A DNA stretch of 45,371 bases from Myxococcales bacterium. GTDB taxonomy: Bacteria > Myxococcota_A > UBA9042. A program made the position numbers and the translations under genes. Position 1 is the stretch's first letter. Each line of letters begins with the position of its first letter. Below the pieces are notes generated by a model. The model did not search any database, was not told the origin of the DNA, and was given only the letters and a program-made list of their open reading frames with translations. This document shows, one piece after another, positions 28,390 through 38,066 of this stretch. The stretch is from the NCBI GenBank assembly GCA_037441385.1, contig JBBISH010000041.1, positions 1 to 45,371 of the forward strand, in the 5' to 3' direction.

Positions 28390-29418
28390 TTAGGCCAAGT
28401 AGTGCGCCACCGCTTCGTGCACGCCGACCCGCCCACTCAGCACCTCGGTCAGGCCGCGCATCAGCGGCGCCGCGACCTTCTTCTTCACACACAGCGCGTC
28501 GATGCTGCGGCAGGCGGCAAAACCATCCACAGTGCCTAACTTTTTCTCGATGGCCGCTGCGTCTTGACCCTGCGCCAGCAGCCGACCGGCCTGCACGTCG
28601 CGGCTGTCCGCCTCGCGCTCGACCAGCAGGTAGCCCAGGCCCGCCACGCTCCGCGCCGCCGCACCATCGCCCGCGTAAGCCTTGACCACGGCATCCATTT
28701 CCGCCGCCGCCGCCGCCACCAGGCTGGCCCGCGCCGCCGGCCCAAAGCCCAGCCCGTCGGCCATGCCCAGCCCCACCGCCATCGCGCTCGCGGTCGCCGC
28801 CGCCGCTTCGATGCCCAGCAGGTCGCGCTGGACTTCGATGCGCAGCGGGCCACCGGCAAACGCCGCCAAGGTCGCATCGCCCACCTCGGCAAACCGACTG
28901 GCCAGCGCGGCGTTGTTGGGCCGGCCCGCCACCAGCTCGTCGACCAGCGCCGCCCCCAGCAGCGCGCCCTGGCGCAACACGCAGGTCTCTTGCGCCACGA
29001 TTTGGCTGGGCAGCAGCCCCGTTTCGGCCTCTAGCCCGCGCACGGCGTGCACCAGCAGGTGCGACCCGTCCAAGACGTCGCCCAGCAAGCGCAGCGTCGG
29101 TCGCAGCCGGCCCACCGGCAGCGCCAGGATGACCAGCGGACAATTGCGCGCGATTTCCGAGAGATCCTCGGTGGCGGTCACGCGCTCGTGCAGGGTCTCC
29201 AGCTCGGGTAGGCGCTCGCGGTTGGCGCGGTTGGCGGTGATGCGCGCGGCCTCGCCGGGGTGTTCGCACCAAAGCCAGACTGGGCTGCCCTGGCTGGCGG
29301 CGATGTGCGCCAGGGTGGTCCCCCAACGGCCGGAACCGACCACGCCTACAGCGTTTTTCAGCGTCACTGCGGCGCCTTTGGCGGCGGAGGCGGGGTTCTT
29401 TGCTTTGACGGCGCTCAT
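28390..29418 (-). CDS. gpsA: NAD(P)H-dependent glycerol-3-phosphate dehydrogenase homolog with degenerate active site
   Basis: GSGRWGTTLA Rossmann motif, RGLE, GMADGLGFG; the catalytic KN and GDL...SRN motifs are altered. Confidence 0.75.
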   Translation of the reverse strand: MSAVKAKNPASAAKGAAVTLKNAVGVVGSGRWGTTLAHIAASQGSPVWLWCEHPGEAARITANRANRERLPELETLHERVTATEDLSEIARNCPLVILALPVGRLRPTLRLLGDVLDGSHLLVHAVRGLEAETGLLPSQIVAQETCVLRQGALLGAALVDELVAGRPNNAALASRFAEVGDATLAAFAGGPLRIEVQRDLLGIEAAAATASAMAVGLGMADGLGFGPAARASLVAAAAAEMDAVVKAYAGDGAAARSVAGLGYLLVEREADSRDVQAGRLLAQGQDAAAIEKKLGTVDGFAACRSIDALCVKKKVAAPLMRGLTEVLSGRVGVHEAVAHYLA

Positions 29419-31043
29419 GCGACCTCCACGGCCGGCGCCGTCTCTGCGGCGATCCCCAGCCCGTCCAGGCGGTTGGCGTAGTAGTGCAACAACGGCGCGT
29501 GGCCAATCTGCACGCCGGCCGAGCAAGCGCGCAGCACGGGCGCAGTGTGGTACATGCCAAAGATGCGCAGCGCGGTCTCGATGAGGCGCAGGGCATCGTC
29601 GCGCTGCACGTCGTGGGCCAGGTGCAACGTCCCTGCCGCCGCTCGCTTCTTGCAGCCACGCAGCAACCCGTCCACGGCGCCCGCCAGGTCGGCCAGGGCA
29701 AAGGTCTCGTCGCGGCCTACGCGCAAGCGCTGGTACAGGTCGGCGCCTGGGTAGCGCTGGCCCAAGAGCCGCCACGCCGCCAGGGCCACGAGCGCGGTCG
29801 AGACCACCACCGTATTCTGCGCGAAACTCTTGGTGATCGCCTGCCCGCACAGCCGCGTGTACTCGGCGTCGCGCGCCGCGTCGTGCACCACCTGACCGCT
29901 GCGCCACAGGTAGCGCGCCGTGTCGATCGGCCGGCCGCGGGGATCGCGCGACGTGCCGTCCTCGTCCACACGGTTGCCGAACAGGTCGATCGGCTCGCCA
30001 AACTGGATGTAGGTGGTGTACTCCAACTGCGCCATTTTGTAGAGGAAGGTCGCCACCTCGCGCGGCCGACTGAACTCGTCGTCTTCGATGATAAAGCGGT
30101 GGCCGCCGTCTTGGCGCAGGGCGTCGTCGATCAGGGTCTCGCCTTCCAGCACCAGATGGTAGTTGATGGTGAGCGGGCAGACGAAGATGCGCGGATTCGG
30201 CTTGCCCTGCTGCAGGTTGCGCGCGTAGGCGGTGAGGCCGGTGCCCAGCAGGCCCAGCTTGACCTTGCTCTCGACCTTGTTGGTGCGCGAGCGGGTGCCG
30301 CCGGGGAAGAACAGCGAGTGATAGCCGCGTTCGAGCAACACTTCGCTATAAGTCTTCAGCACTTCCTTATACAGCGTATGGCGGATGCGCCGGTCGACCT
30401 TGTACGCCCCCAGGTTGTGCATGAAGAACGAGGTGATCGGGCTGGTGAACAGGTTCTTGCCCGCGCCGTAGGTCACCGGCGGCAGTCCAGCCTCGTGCAG
30501 CGCCCAACCCACCGCAATCGAATCCAAATTGCTGCTGTGGGTCGGCACGACGATGATGGTCCCCTGCTCGGCCAGGTTGCGCCAGGTGTGCAGATGCCCA
30601 GCCAGAATCACCCGTTCCGACATCTGCCGATAGTGGTGCAGCAGCGTGTCGACGCTCTGGGTGTTGAACAGCGCCCCCAGGCCCAGCGGCAGCACCCGCG
30701 TGGCCAGCTCGTAGACCCGCGGCGTAAAACGCCCTGCCACATCGCTGGCATAGGCGTGAGTCAGCTCGCGGAGCACGCGCGCCTTCTCGATGTCGCCCAT
30801 GCCCGCCAGGCCGCGCGCCAGTTGGTGCCAGTAGCTGTAAGGGTGCAAATCCAAACTGGAACTTCCGTGCTCCAGCCGCTGCATCTCCAAGTACGCCGCT
30901 TCGTTCAGCACGTATTCCAGCGCCTGTTGCTGGTCGCGCCACGACGCGCTGACCTTGTCGCGCACCACCCGCTCGACCACTTCGGCCAGCAGGTCGTCGC
31001 GCTCTTGCATGAACTGATAAATACGCGGTTTCTTTGCAGACAT
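29415..31043 (-). CDS. PlsB-like glycerol-3-phosphate/DHAP acyltransferase
   Basis: HSSNLD (HX4D), GAGKNL, GAYKVDR, FFPGGTRSR. Confidence 0.88.
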   Translation of the reverse strand: MSAKKPRIYQFMQERDDLLAEVVERVVRDKVSASWRDQQQALEYVLNEAAYLEMQRLEHGSSSLDLHPYSYWHQLARGLAGMGDIEKARVLRELTHAYASDVAGRFTPRVYELATRVLPLGLGALFNTQSVDTLLHHYRQMSERVILAGHLHTWRNLAEQGTIIVVPTHSSNLDSIAVGWALHEAGLPPVTYGAGKNLFTSPITSFFMHNLGAYKVDRRIRHTLYKEVLKTYSEVLLERGYHSLFFPGGTRSRTNKVESKVKLGLLGTGLTAYARNLQQGKPNPRIFVCPLTINYHLVLEGETLIDDALRQDGGHRFIIEDDEFSRPREVATFLYKMAQLEYTTYIQFGEPIDLFGNRVDEDGTSRDPRGRPIDTARYLWRSGQVVHDAARDAEYTRLCGQAITKSFAQNTVVVSTALVALAAWRLLGQRYPGADLYQRLRVGRDETFALADLAGAVDGLLRGCKKRAAAGTLHLAHDVQRDDALRLIETALRIFGMYHTAPVLRACSAGVQIGHAPLLHYYANRLDGLGIAAETAPAVEVA

Positions 31044-31050
31044 GCACGCC

Positions 31051-31189
31051 TCAAACGCACCCCACCTGATTCACGCCTATACGCTTCTTCTGATCCGTTG
31101 TGCAACTGGCGAGAATCAGGCGGGGACCCCGGTTCGGGCCCGGAGAATTGTCCAAGTTTTTCGATCCGATTCGGACGGAATTGGTATCA
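31051..31189 (-). repeat. dispersed intergenic repeat, long form (139 bp)
   Basis: Nearly identical to the 45268 copy; bounded by TGA at both ends in element orientation. Confidence 0.95.
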
Positions 31190-31206
31190 GTAGCTGGTTT
31201 CAGTAG

Positions 31207-32202
31207 CTAGACGTTGTACTCGTCGACCCGGTAGTGCTGCAGGCGCTGGCGCAGGTAGTCGGCAGTGCGACGCAGGCCTTCGTCCAGCATAACCGTAGGA
31301 GCATAGTTGAACAGCCGCTTGGCCTTTTGCGTGTCGGCCAGCAGCAGCTCCACCTCGCTCTGGGCTGGCCGCACGCGCTGATCGTCGCACTGCACCGCGA
31401 TCTTCTGGCCCAGGGCGATCTCGGCCTGCTCGATGACTTGCGCAATCGTCCAAGTGCGCCCGGAACCGACGTTGACCACCTCGCCCAAGGCCGCGTCGCA
31501 CTTGGCGATCTCCAAGAAGCCCTGCACGGTGTCGGCGACGTAGTTCAAGTCGCGCTGCGGGGTCAAGCTGCCGACGCGAATCGGGTTTCGCCCCGCCAAC
31601 ACTTGCGCCAGGATGGTAGGCACGATGGCGCGCGCCGACTGCCGCGGTCCGTAGGTGTTGAACGGCCGCAGGATCGCCACCGGCGTGCCAAAACTGCGAA
31701 AATACGAGACGGCGAGTTGGTCGGCGCCAATCTTGCTGGCCGAGTACGGGCTCTGGCCGACCAGCGGGTGCTTTTCGTCGATGGGCGTGTATTGGGCGGT
31801 GCCGTACGTCTCCGACGTGGAGGTATGCACAAGCCGGCGGACGTTGTGGCGGCGACACGCTTCGAGCACATGCAACGTGCCAGAAACATTGGTGGCCACG
31901 TAGTGCGCTGGCGCCCCATAGCTGTACGGGATGCCGATGAGCGCCGCCAGGTGGAACACCGTGTCGCAGCCTTGCACAGCCCGATCCACTGCATAGGGAT
32001 CCTCAACGGTCGTGGCAAACACCTCGATCTTGCTGGCGAGTTCGGGGGGCAACTCGTCCAGGTGCCCGCGCCGGCCGGCCGAGTTGTAGCGAATCAGCAC
32101 GCGTACCTTGGCGCCGCGCTGCAGCAGGGCCTCGGTCAGGTGCGAGCCGATAAAGCCGGCCGCGCCCGTGACCAATACCGGGCGATTCGCCCAAAAATCC
32201 AT
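31207..32202 (-). CDS. NAD-dependent nucleotide-sugar 4,6-dehydratase/epimerase (LegB-like SDR)
   Basis: TGAAGFIG, HLAALIGIPYSY, TSTSE.YG, YSASK, RPFNTYGP. Confidence 0.9.
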   Translation of the reverse strand: MDFWANRPVLVTGAAGFIGSHLTEALLQRGAKVRVLIRYNSAGRRGHLDELPPELASKIEVFATTVEDPYAVDRAVQGCDTVFHLAALIGIPYSYGAPAHYVATNVSGTLHVLEACRRHNVRRLVHTSTSETYGTAQYTPIDEKHPLVGQSPYSASKIGADQLAVSYFRSFGTPVAILRPFNTYGPRQSARAIVPTILAQVLAGRNPIRVGSLTPQRDLNYVADTVQGFLEIAKCDAALGEVVNVGSGRTWTIAQVIEQAEIALGQKIAVQCDDQRVRPAQSEVELLLADTQKAKRLFNYAPTVMLDEGLRRTADYLRQRLQHYRVDEYNV

Positions 32203-32308
32203 GGTTGCCTCGTGCACCGCTTGGCGCGCGCGCCAGTCTACACGCTGCAGCCGGCGGCGAAAACCGCGCCGCTTGCGCCCAGGCTGGCCTGGCCCTACGC
32301 TTGGATGC

Positions 32309-33748
32309 GTGAAAGCCCACCACTTGCTAGCGATCGTCGTCACCTCCTGCTGGCTGTGCCATCCGGCCAGTGCGCGGGCCAACCCCTTTGAATTGTATGG
32401 TGCTTCGGCGCGCGCGGGGGGCCTGGGCCAAGCCGTGACCGCCGGGGTCCGCGACTGGTCATCGCTGTGGTACAACCCAGGCGGCCTGACCCAAAGCGCC
32501 CCACACGTCGACTTGGGCACGCTGATGTCGTTCGACGACGTGCGCGTGCGCTTGAAGGACCGGCCGGCGGGCTACGATTTGCCCGACCTTGGCAGCTCAT
32601 CCTCTGCGATTCCAAGTGGTTATCGCCTGCAGTCGCGCAGCGGCAGCGACGACGTGAGCAACCTGTACGACTTTGTCATGGGCGCCACCGGGTCGTTCGG
32701 TTTCGAGAACTTGCGCATCGGCGTGGCGGTGGCGCTGCCGATGACGCGGCTGGGCCAGCAGGTGTCGCACTACGCCGACGAGCGCGAGCAATACGTGTCG
32801 AACCGCTTGAATTTCGAGCTGTATGGCGACCGGTCGCAGCACCAGGTGATCTTGGTGGGCGCCGGCTACCAGGTGCTCAGCTGGCTGTCGCTGGGTGCGG
32901 CGATTTCGGTCATGCCAGAGGGCACGGCCCACAGCACCGTGTACCTGGACGACGCGGCGCGGCAGCAAGACGTACGGATCTCGGTGCAAAATCAGCAAAT
33001 TGGCCGGGCCGCTCCGATCATCGGCGCCGTGGCCGCGCCCCTGGAGCACCTGCGCTTTGGCCTGTCGTGGCGCAGCGCGAACTACTTTGCCCTCACACTG
33101 AAAAATGCCATTCAGATTCGTGGTTTCCAAGGCGACCCGCAATCGTTTCCGGTTCAGCAAGAGGTGGTGCTGCGCCTCAATTCGTCGCCGGACCAGTTGT
33201 CCGCCGGTGTCGCAGGCGAGTTGGGGGCTTGGGCCGTGTCGGCCGACGCGGTCCTGTCGCGCTGGAGCCAGTACGTGGACACGCAGAACCAGCTGGCCGG
33301 CTTCCACGACACCGTAAGTCTGCGCGTTGGCGCCGAATTGCAGGCGGCGCGCGAGCGGCAATTGCGCCTGGGGCTGCAGTGGGAGCCCTCGCCCGTGCCG
33401 GCGCAGACGGGCCGCACCAGCTACGTGGACAACGACCGCGTCGTGGCCACGGTGGGGATGGCCCACAGCCTGGAGCTGTTCCGCAAGCAAGTCACGCTGT
33501 CGTGGTACTTGGGGCTGCACCACTTGATCGCGCGCGACACCAACAAGGCCGCGTTGGCGAAATACCCAGCCTGTGCGCCCGGGGTGGGCAGCCTGTGCGA
33601 TGAAGTACCCGACACCGCTACGGATCCAGCCACGGGGCAACCAGCGCCGGCCGCGGCGGGACTGCAGACCGGGTCGCCGGGATTCCCCGGTTGGACCTCG
33701 TCGGGCAACCTGTTGGCCTTGGGCATGAACCTGCAGTGGGGGTTTTGA
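32309..33748 (+). CDS. FadL/OmpP1-like outer-membrane hydrophobic-compound transporter
   Basis: Signal peptide; G.SARA.GLG..VTA...D.S..WYNPGGL hatch motif; C-terminal Phe. Confidence 0.8.
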   Translation: MKAHHLLAIVVTSCWLCHPASARANPFELYGASARAGGLGQAVTAGVRDWSSLWYNPGGLTQSAPHVDLGTLMSFDDVRVRLKDRPAGYDLPDLGSSSSAIPSGYRLQSRSGSDDVSNLYDFVMGATGSFGFENLRIGVAVALPMTRLGQQVSHYADEREQYVSNRLNFELYGDRSQHQVILVGAGYQVLSWLSLGAAISVMPEGTAHSTVYLDDAARQQDVRISVQNQQIGRAAPIIGAVAAPLEHLRFGLSWRSANYFALTLKNAIQIRGFQGDPQSFPVQQEVVLRLNSSPDQLSAGVAGELGAWAVSADAVLSRWSQYVDTQNQLAGFHDTVSLRVGAELQAARERQLRLGLQWEPSPVPAQTGRTSYVDNDRVVATVGMAHSLELFRKQVTLSWYLGLHHLIARDTNKAALAKYPACAPGVGSLCDEVPDTATDPATGQPAPAAAGLQTGSPGFPGWTSSGNLLALGMNLQWGF

Positions 33749-33749
33749 C

Positions 33750-34622
33750 ATGCGCCCCACCCACGCCTTACTGCTTGGAATTCTTGTCTTGGTCGCGGCG
33801 TGCGCCGATCCCGATCCCGCGCCGAGCGAGTTCAGCGACCGCGAAGTGGCCAGCGCCGTCGACGCCGGGGGTCTGCCCGCCGATGTCAGCGCCACTGCCA
33901 CGGCCTTGAGCGGCCAGTGGGGTTTGGCGACCGATTGGTCCAACTGCGTGCACTTTGGCACCAGCGTGTTCGAGCTCCGCACCTACAAGCTGGCGCTGGT
34001 GCAGGTGCAGCAAGAGGGCACGTTCCTGCGCGAAACTAGGCAGGTCTGCTCGATCACGAACACGCCGCTGCTGGGGCAGCAGACGATCTTCCCGCCAGGA
34101 GTGGTGGCCGGCATTGCTCCGGTCGAGACGGTCTCGGCGCTGGGAGGAACGGCGGCGGGCGCCAGCTACGTGGGCGGGCTGGACGTACAGGTCTTTGGCG
34201 TGCAACTGGCGAATCCAGCGTCTGATCCCATGCCCACAGGCCCTGGCGACCCGCGGCTGGTCGACGTGGACGCGGACGGCAAGCCGGGCGGTACCCTGCT
34301 GGTGGGCAAGATGTGCGAGATCTACGTGGCGATCCGCGCAATGGCCAACGTGACCGGCACCATGGTCAACGTGGGCCACATCGAAGGTGGCGGCATCCAG
34401 GACAGCACCCAGAGCACCTTGGGCGGCACTTCGGCTTTCTGCACGCAGACCTACAGCACCACGCCCAACCACACCCACAACCGCTTCGTGCTGCATCGGC
34501 TGGCGGACCTGGGCATGGACGCCGATGGCAACGGCACGGTCGATTGCGCGGAACTGCAGGCAGGACAGGCGAAGCTGATCACCTGGCGCCCCGCCGACAA
34601 CAGCCGCTGCGCAGGCAAATAG
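33750..34622 (+). CDS. lipoprotein with DxDxDG Ca-binding-like motifs
   Basis: Lipobox VAAC; DVDADGKPG and DADGNGTVDCAE; 1 nt downstream of the FadL-like gene. Confidence 0.75.
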   Translation: MRPTHALLLGILVLVAACADPDPAPSEFSDREVASAVDAGGLPADVSATATALSGQWGLATDWSNCVHFGTSVFELRTYKLALVQVQQEGTFLRETRQVCSITNTPLLGQQTIFPPGVVAGIAPVETVSALGGTAAGASYVGGLDVQVFGVQLANPASDPMPTGPGDPRLVDVDADGKPGGTLLVGKMCEIYVAIRAMANVTGTMVNVGHIEGGGIQDSTQSTLGGTSAFCTQTYSTTPNHTHNRFVLHRLADLGMDADGNGTVDCAELQAGQAKLITWRPADNSRCAGK

Positions 34623-34631
34623 CCCCCCGCC

Positions 34632-36188
34632 CTACTTGCTGCCGGCGACGAGCACCGGCGTCCCGCCCGATGTCGTGGAATTGTTGCCGAGTTGCCCGCT
34701 GGTGTTGCGGCCCCAGCACAGCACGGCGCCGTCGTCGCGCACCGCGCAAGTGTGGTTGGTGCCGCAGGCCACGCCTGTGGCTTTGCCGCCGATGTCGACA
34801 AGGGTGGGCAGGTTGATGTCCGCAGTGCCCGCCGGCTGGCCGGCCTGGCCGTCGTCGTTGCTGCCCCAACACAGCACGGCGCCGGCTTTGGTCACCGCGC
34901 AGGTGTGGCCTTGGCCGCCCGCCACGGCCATGACGTCGCTGATGGACTTGGTCGCCACCGGCACGGCCGCGCCAGCGCTGTAAGAGCCAAGCCCTAGCTG
35001 CGACGACAGATTCTTGCCCCAGCACCAGAGCTTGCCCGCCGCGTCCCAGGCGCAGGTGTGGTAGTCGCCGCAGCCGATGCCCACGATGCCGGTCAAGCCC
35101 ACGTCACTGGGTCCATAGACTTCGTTGGTGTCGCCGATCTTGCCGTTGCCCACTTCGCCGTCGCCGCTGCGGCCCCAACACTGGACGGTGCCCGTGCCTG
35201 CAGCCAGCGCGCAGGCGTGGCTGCTGCCGGCGCAGACTGCGGCATTGCCCAGCATGCCCTGCACCGCAACGGGCGAGTTCTTTTGCGCAAAATCACCGGT
35301 CAAGAAGGTGTTGCCCGAGTTACTGCCCCAGCCCCAAAGGGTCTGACCGGCGCGAATCGCCAGCCCGTTTTGGGGTCCACAGGCCACCGAGAGTGCGTCG
35401 GTGATGTTGCCGGTCGACTCGGGCGTGGTGGCCGAACCGCTGTTGTCGCCGCTGCCGGTTTTGCCGCTGAAGCGGTCGCCCCAGCACGACAATTTGCCGC
35501 CGCCCCACACCGCGCAGCTGTGCGTGTCGCCCAAGTCGACCGAGCTAACTTTGGTCAACATCGCTACATCTTGGGGAATTTTCTCGTAGTACAGGGGGCC
35601 GCTGGTGGTGCCGTTGCCCAACTGGCCTTCGCCGTTGGCGCCCCAACAGCTCAGGGTGCCGGTGCCGCGCAGCGCGCACGAGTGGTTGCCGCCGGCGGCG
35701 ATGGCCACCGCCCACTGGCCGGGGACGCTCTTGGGCAAGCACGATCCGCCTTTGCACACCTTGTCTTGGCCGCAGGGACTACCGTCGCCCGCCACCACAA
35801 CGACGCACGCGCATTGGTGGCACTCGGCCACTTGGCACGTTCCCACGGTGATACTGGCGCAGTCGGGGTTGCTCACGCAGCCGCAGGTGTCCATTGCGAT
35901 CTCGCCGCCCTGCTGGCCGTCGCCGAGCGTGTCGGTGCCGGGGTTGGCAGTGGAGTCGGTGGAGGCATCCAGGGTTGCGCCACTGCCATCGTTGCCGAGC
36001 GGGCCGTCGCTCGCCGCCGCGGAGTCGCCGGCGCTCAAGCTGTCTTGCGCGCCGCTGATCGCGCCGTCGCCGCCGGTCGCCGCGCTGTCGTTGCCAAACT
36101 GACCCGAGCTGGGCACGGCCTGCGGACAGCCGGGCAACAGCGCAAGTACACACGCCAATACCCATGGAATCGCGCTTGGTTTGGACAC
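34632..36188 (-). CDS. RCC1-repeat beta-propeller lipoprotein
   Basis: About 7 repeats of G..H.CA....G...CWG.N..GQLG; lipobox LPGC; start approximate. Confidence 0.88.
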   Translation of the reverse strand: MSKPSAIPWVLACVLALLPGCPQAVPSSGQFGNDSAATGGDGAISGAQDSLSAGDSAAASDGPLGNDGSGATLDASTDSTANPGTDTLGDGQQGGEIAMDTCGCVSNPDCASITVGTCQVAECHQCACVVVVAGDGSPCGQDKVCKGGSCLPKSVPGQWAVAIAAGGNHSCALRGTGTLSCWGANGEGQLGNGTTSGPLYYEKIPQDVAMLTKVSSVDLGDTHSCAVWGGGKLSCWGDRFSGKTGSGDNSGSATTPESTGNITDALSVACGPQNGLAIRAGQTLWGWGSNSGNTFLTGDFAQKNSPVAVQGMLGNAAVCAGSSHACALAAGTGTVQCWGRSGDGEVGNGKIGDTNEVYGPSDVGLTGIVGIGCGDYHTCAWDAAGKLWCWGKNLSSQLGLGSYSAGAAVPVATKSISDVMAVAGGQGHTCAVTKAGAVLCWGSNDDGQAGQPAGTADINLPTLVDIGGKATGVACGTNHTCAVRDDGAVLCWGRNTSGQLGNNSTTSGGTPVLVAGSK

Positions 36189-36325
36189 AGTGGGTACCCC
36201 GCAGCAACCTTCGCTGGCGCCAGCATACCACATCGGACGCGCGCCGGTGGCGCACCGGCTTGCCGCCAGGGCCGCAGACTCGCTACGCTTGCGGCGTTGC
36301 GCGCGCGCGGCGGCCCAGGGGACCC

Positions 36326-37939
36326 TTGTCGACAACCCAGCAAAATCGCTTCTGTCCGGCCTGCGGCTCTGACCGCGACGAGGTATTTTGCCCGGCGGAC
36401 GGCACGGCCACGGTGCAGCGGGTCAAGGTCGACGTCGCCGCGCTCAACTACCCGGTGGGCCACGTGGTGGTCGGCCGCTACCGCATCACCGGACGCCTGG
36501 GGCGCGGCGGCTTTGGCGCGGTCTTCTCGGCCGTCCACACCGGAACGGGCCAGACCGTGGCGCTCAAGCTCCTGCATGTGGAGTTGGGGGCGTCCAATGT
36601 GGTCATCGTCCGTCGCTTCTGGAAAGAAGCGCAGATCACGGCGCAGCTCCGCCATGCCAACACGGTGCGGGTCTTCGACGTGGGCCAGACCGAGGAAGGC
36701 GCATTCTATTTGGCGATGGAGCAGTTGCATGGCCAGACGTTGGCCGACGTGCTGGACGCTCTGGCCGCCTGCGGCGAGGTGATGCCCCCGGATCAGGTGG
36801 CCCACTTGGGGATCGAGATCTGCAAGAGTCTGGCAGAGGCGCACAAAGCCGGTTTGGTGCACCGCGATCTGAAGCCGGGAAACGTGATGCTCCTGGATCA
36901 CGATGATGGCGAAGTTCCTGTGAAAGTTCTAGATTTTGGCATCGCCCATGCGTCCGACTCGTCGCTGACCGGTCAAGGCAACACCTTGGGCACGCCGGCC
37001 TATATGAGTCCCGAGCAATGTCGCGGCGGCAGCGTGGATCCGCGCAGCGACGTGTACTCGCTGGGCGTTTTGCTGTTTCGCTGCTTGACTGGCCAACAGC
37101 CGTATTCGGATCCCAATCCCCTGGCGCTGATGTACCAGCACATCGAGGCGCCGATTCCCGACGTGCAGGCCGTGGCGCCGCAACCGCTGAGCAACGTGTG
37201 GGCGGCGACGTTGCGCCGAGCGATGGCGAAACAACCCGACGAGCGCTTCACCGACACCAAGGAGTTCCGCCTCGCCCTAGAGCAGTGTGCACGTGGGCTG
37301 CCCGGCGGCACTGCGGATCGGAGCGCGACGACCGGCTTCTTGCCGCCCGCCGCCCAGCCCGTAGCGCAAAAAACCCAGAGCGGCCTGCGCTTGCCGGTCC
37401 TGGCTGCATCGGCTGCGGCCTTGGCGGCGTTGGTCCTGGCCTGGATGCTGAACGCGAGCGGGAAGCCCGCGGCAACGCAAGCGACAGAGACGCCGCCGGG
37501 GCCAGTGACGCCGCCGGGGCCAGAGGCGCCGGTTCCCGCGCAAGCTCAGGTCCCGGCTCCGATCCAGGCCCCGATCCAGGCGCAAGCTCCGGCTGCAGCT
37601 CAGGCTCCGGTCCCCCCTGTGCCGAGCCCGCCGGACGCTGGCAACCCTACGAACCCACGGGGGTCCCTGGTTCCAGCCCAGCCTGCAGAAAGCGAGCCCC
37701 ATGTGAACCGGCCGGCCAAAGCTGCCGCAGAGCCGGCCCGGCCCAGCGCAGGGGAGCGGCCGGCGGTCAAGGCAGAGGTAGAGAAAGTCCCGGAGATGCC
37801 TGCAGAAAAACAGACACAGAAACCTGCAGATGGACCGCCGCCCAAGCCCCCGATCGTGACCACGCCCGCGGATGCGCCCGCCGACAAGCCAGTGGAGAAA
37901 CCAAAGCCCAAGCTCGAGAAGCCCACCGCGCTGGACTGA
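36326..37939 (+). CDS. Ser/Thr protein kinase (zinc ribbon-kinase-TM-Pro-rich tail)
   Basis: CPAC..CPADG; GRGGFG, VALK, HRDLKPGN, DFG, GTPAYMSPE, DVYSLG. Confidence 0.92.
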   Translation: MSTTQQNRFCPACGSDRDEVFCPADGTATVQRVKVDVAALNYPVGHVVVGRYRITGRLGRGGFGAVFSAVHTGTGQTVALKLLHVELGASNVVIVRRFWKEAQITAQLRHANTVRVFDVGQTEEGAFYLAMEQLHGQTLADVLDALAACGEVMPPDQVAHLGIEICKSLAEAHKAGLVHRDLKPGNVMLLDHDDGEVPVKVLDFGIAHASDSSLTGQGNTLGTPAYMSPEQCRGGSVDPRSDVYSLGVLLFRCLTGQQPYSDPNPLALMYQHIEAPIPDVQAVAPQPLSNVWAATLRRAMAKQPDERFTDTKEFRLALEQCARGLPGGTADRSATTGFLPPAAQPVAQKTQSGLRLPVLAASAAALAALVLAWMLNASGKPAATQATETPPGPVTPPGPEAPVPAQAQVPAPIQAPIQAQAPAAAQAPVPPVPSPPDAGNPTNPRGSLVPAQPAESEPHVNRPAKAAAEPARPSAGERPAVKAEVEKVPEMPAEKQTQKPADGPPPKPPIVTTPADAPADKPVEKPKPKLEKPTALD

Positions 37940-38007
37940 TACGAACCCCGGTTCGGGCCCGAAGAATTGCCGAAGTTTTCGAGCCGATTTGAACGGAAAC
38001 CGTATGA
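37937..38007 (-). repeat. dispersed repeat, short form (71 bp)
   Basis: TCATACGG...TTCGGGCCCGAACCGGGGTTCGTATCA in element orientation; one end is the kinase TGA. Confidence 0.9.
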
Positions 38008-38017
38008 GCCGCTGCGC

Positions 38018-38062
38018 GACGGGGACCGGTTCGGATGCGCTGAGAAATTCCGGGTTGCTCGA
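38018..38062 (-). repeat. degenerate fragment of the dispersed repeat
   Basis: GACGGGGACCGGTTCGG...GAAATTCCGGGTTGCTCGA resembles the reverse complement of the 14559 copy. Confidence 0.55.
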
Positions 38063-38066
38063 CTCT

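Noticed and set aside
37489..37580. Short tandem DNA repeats in the kinase tail
   Set aside because: Ordinary Pro/Gln/Ala linker expansions
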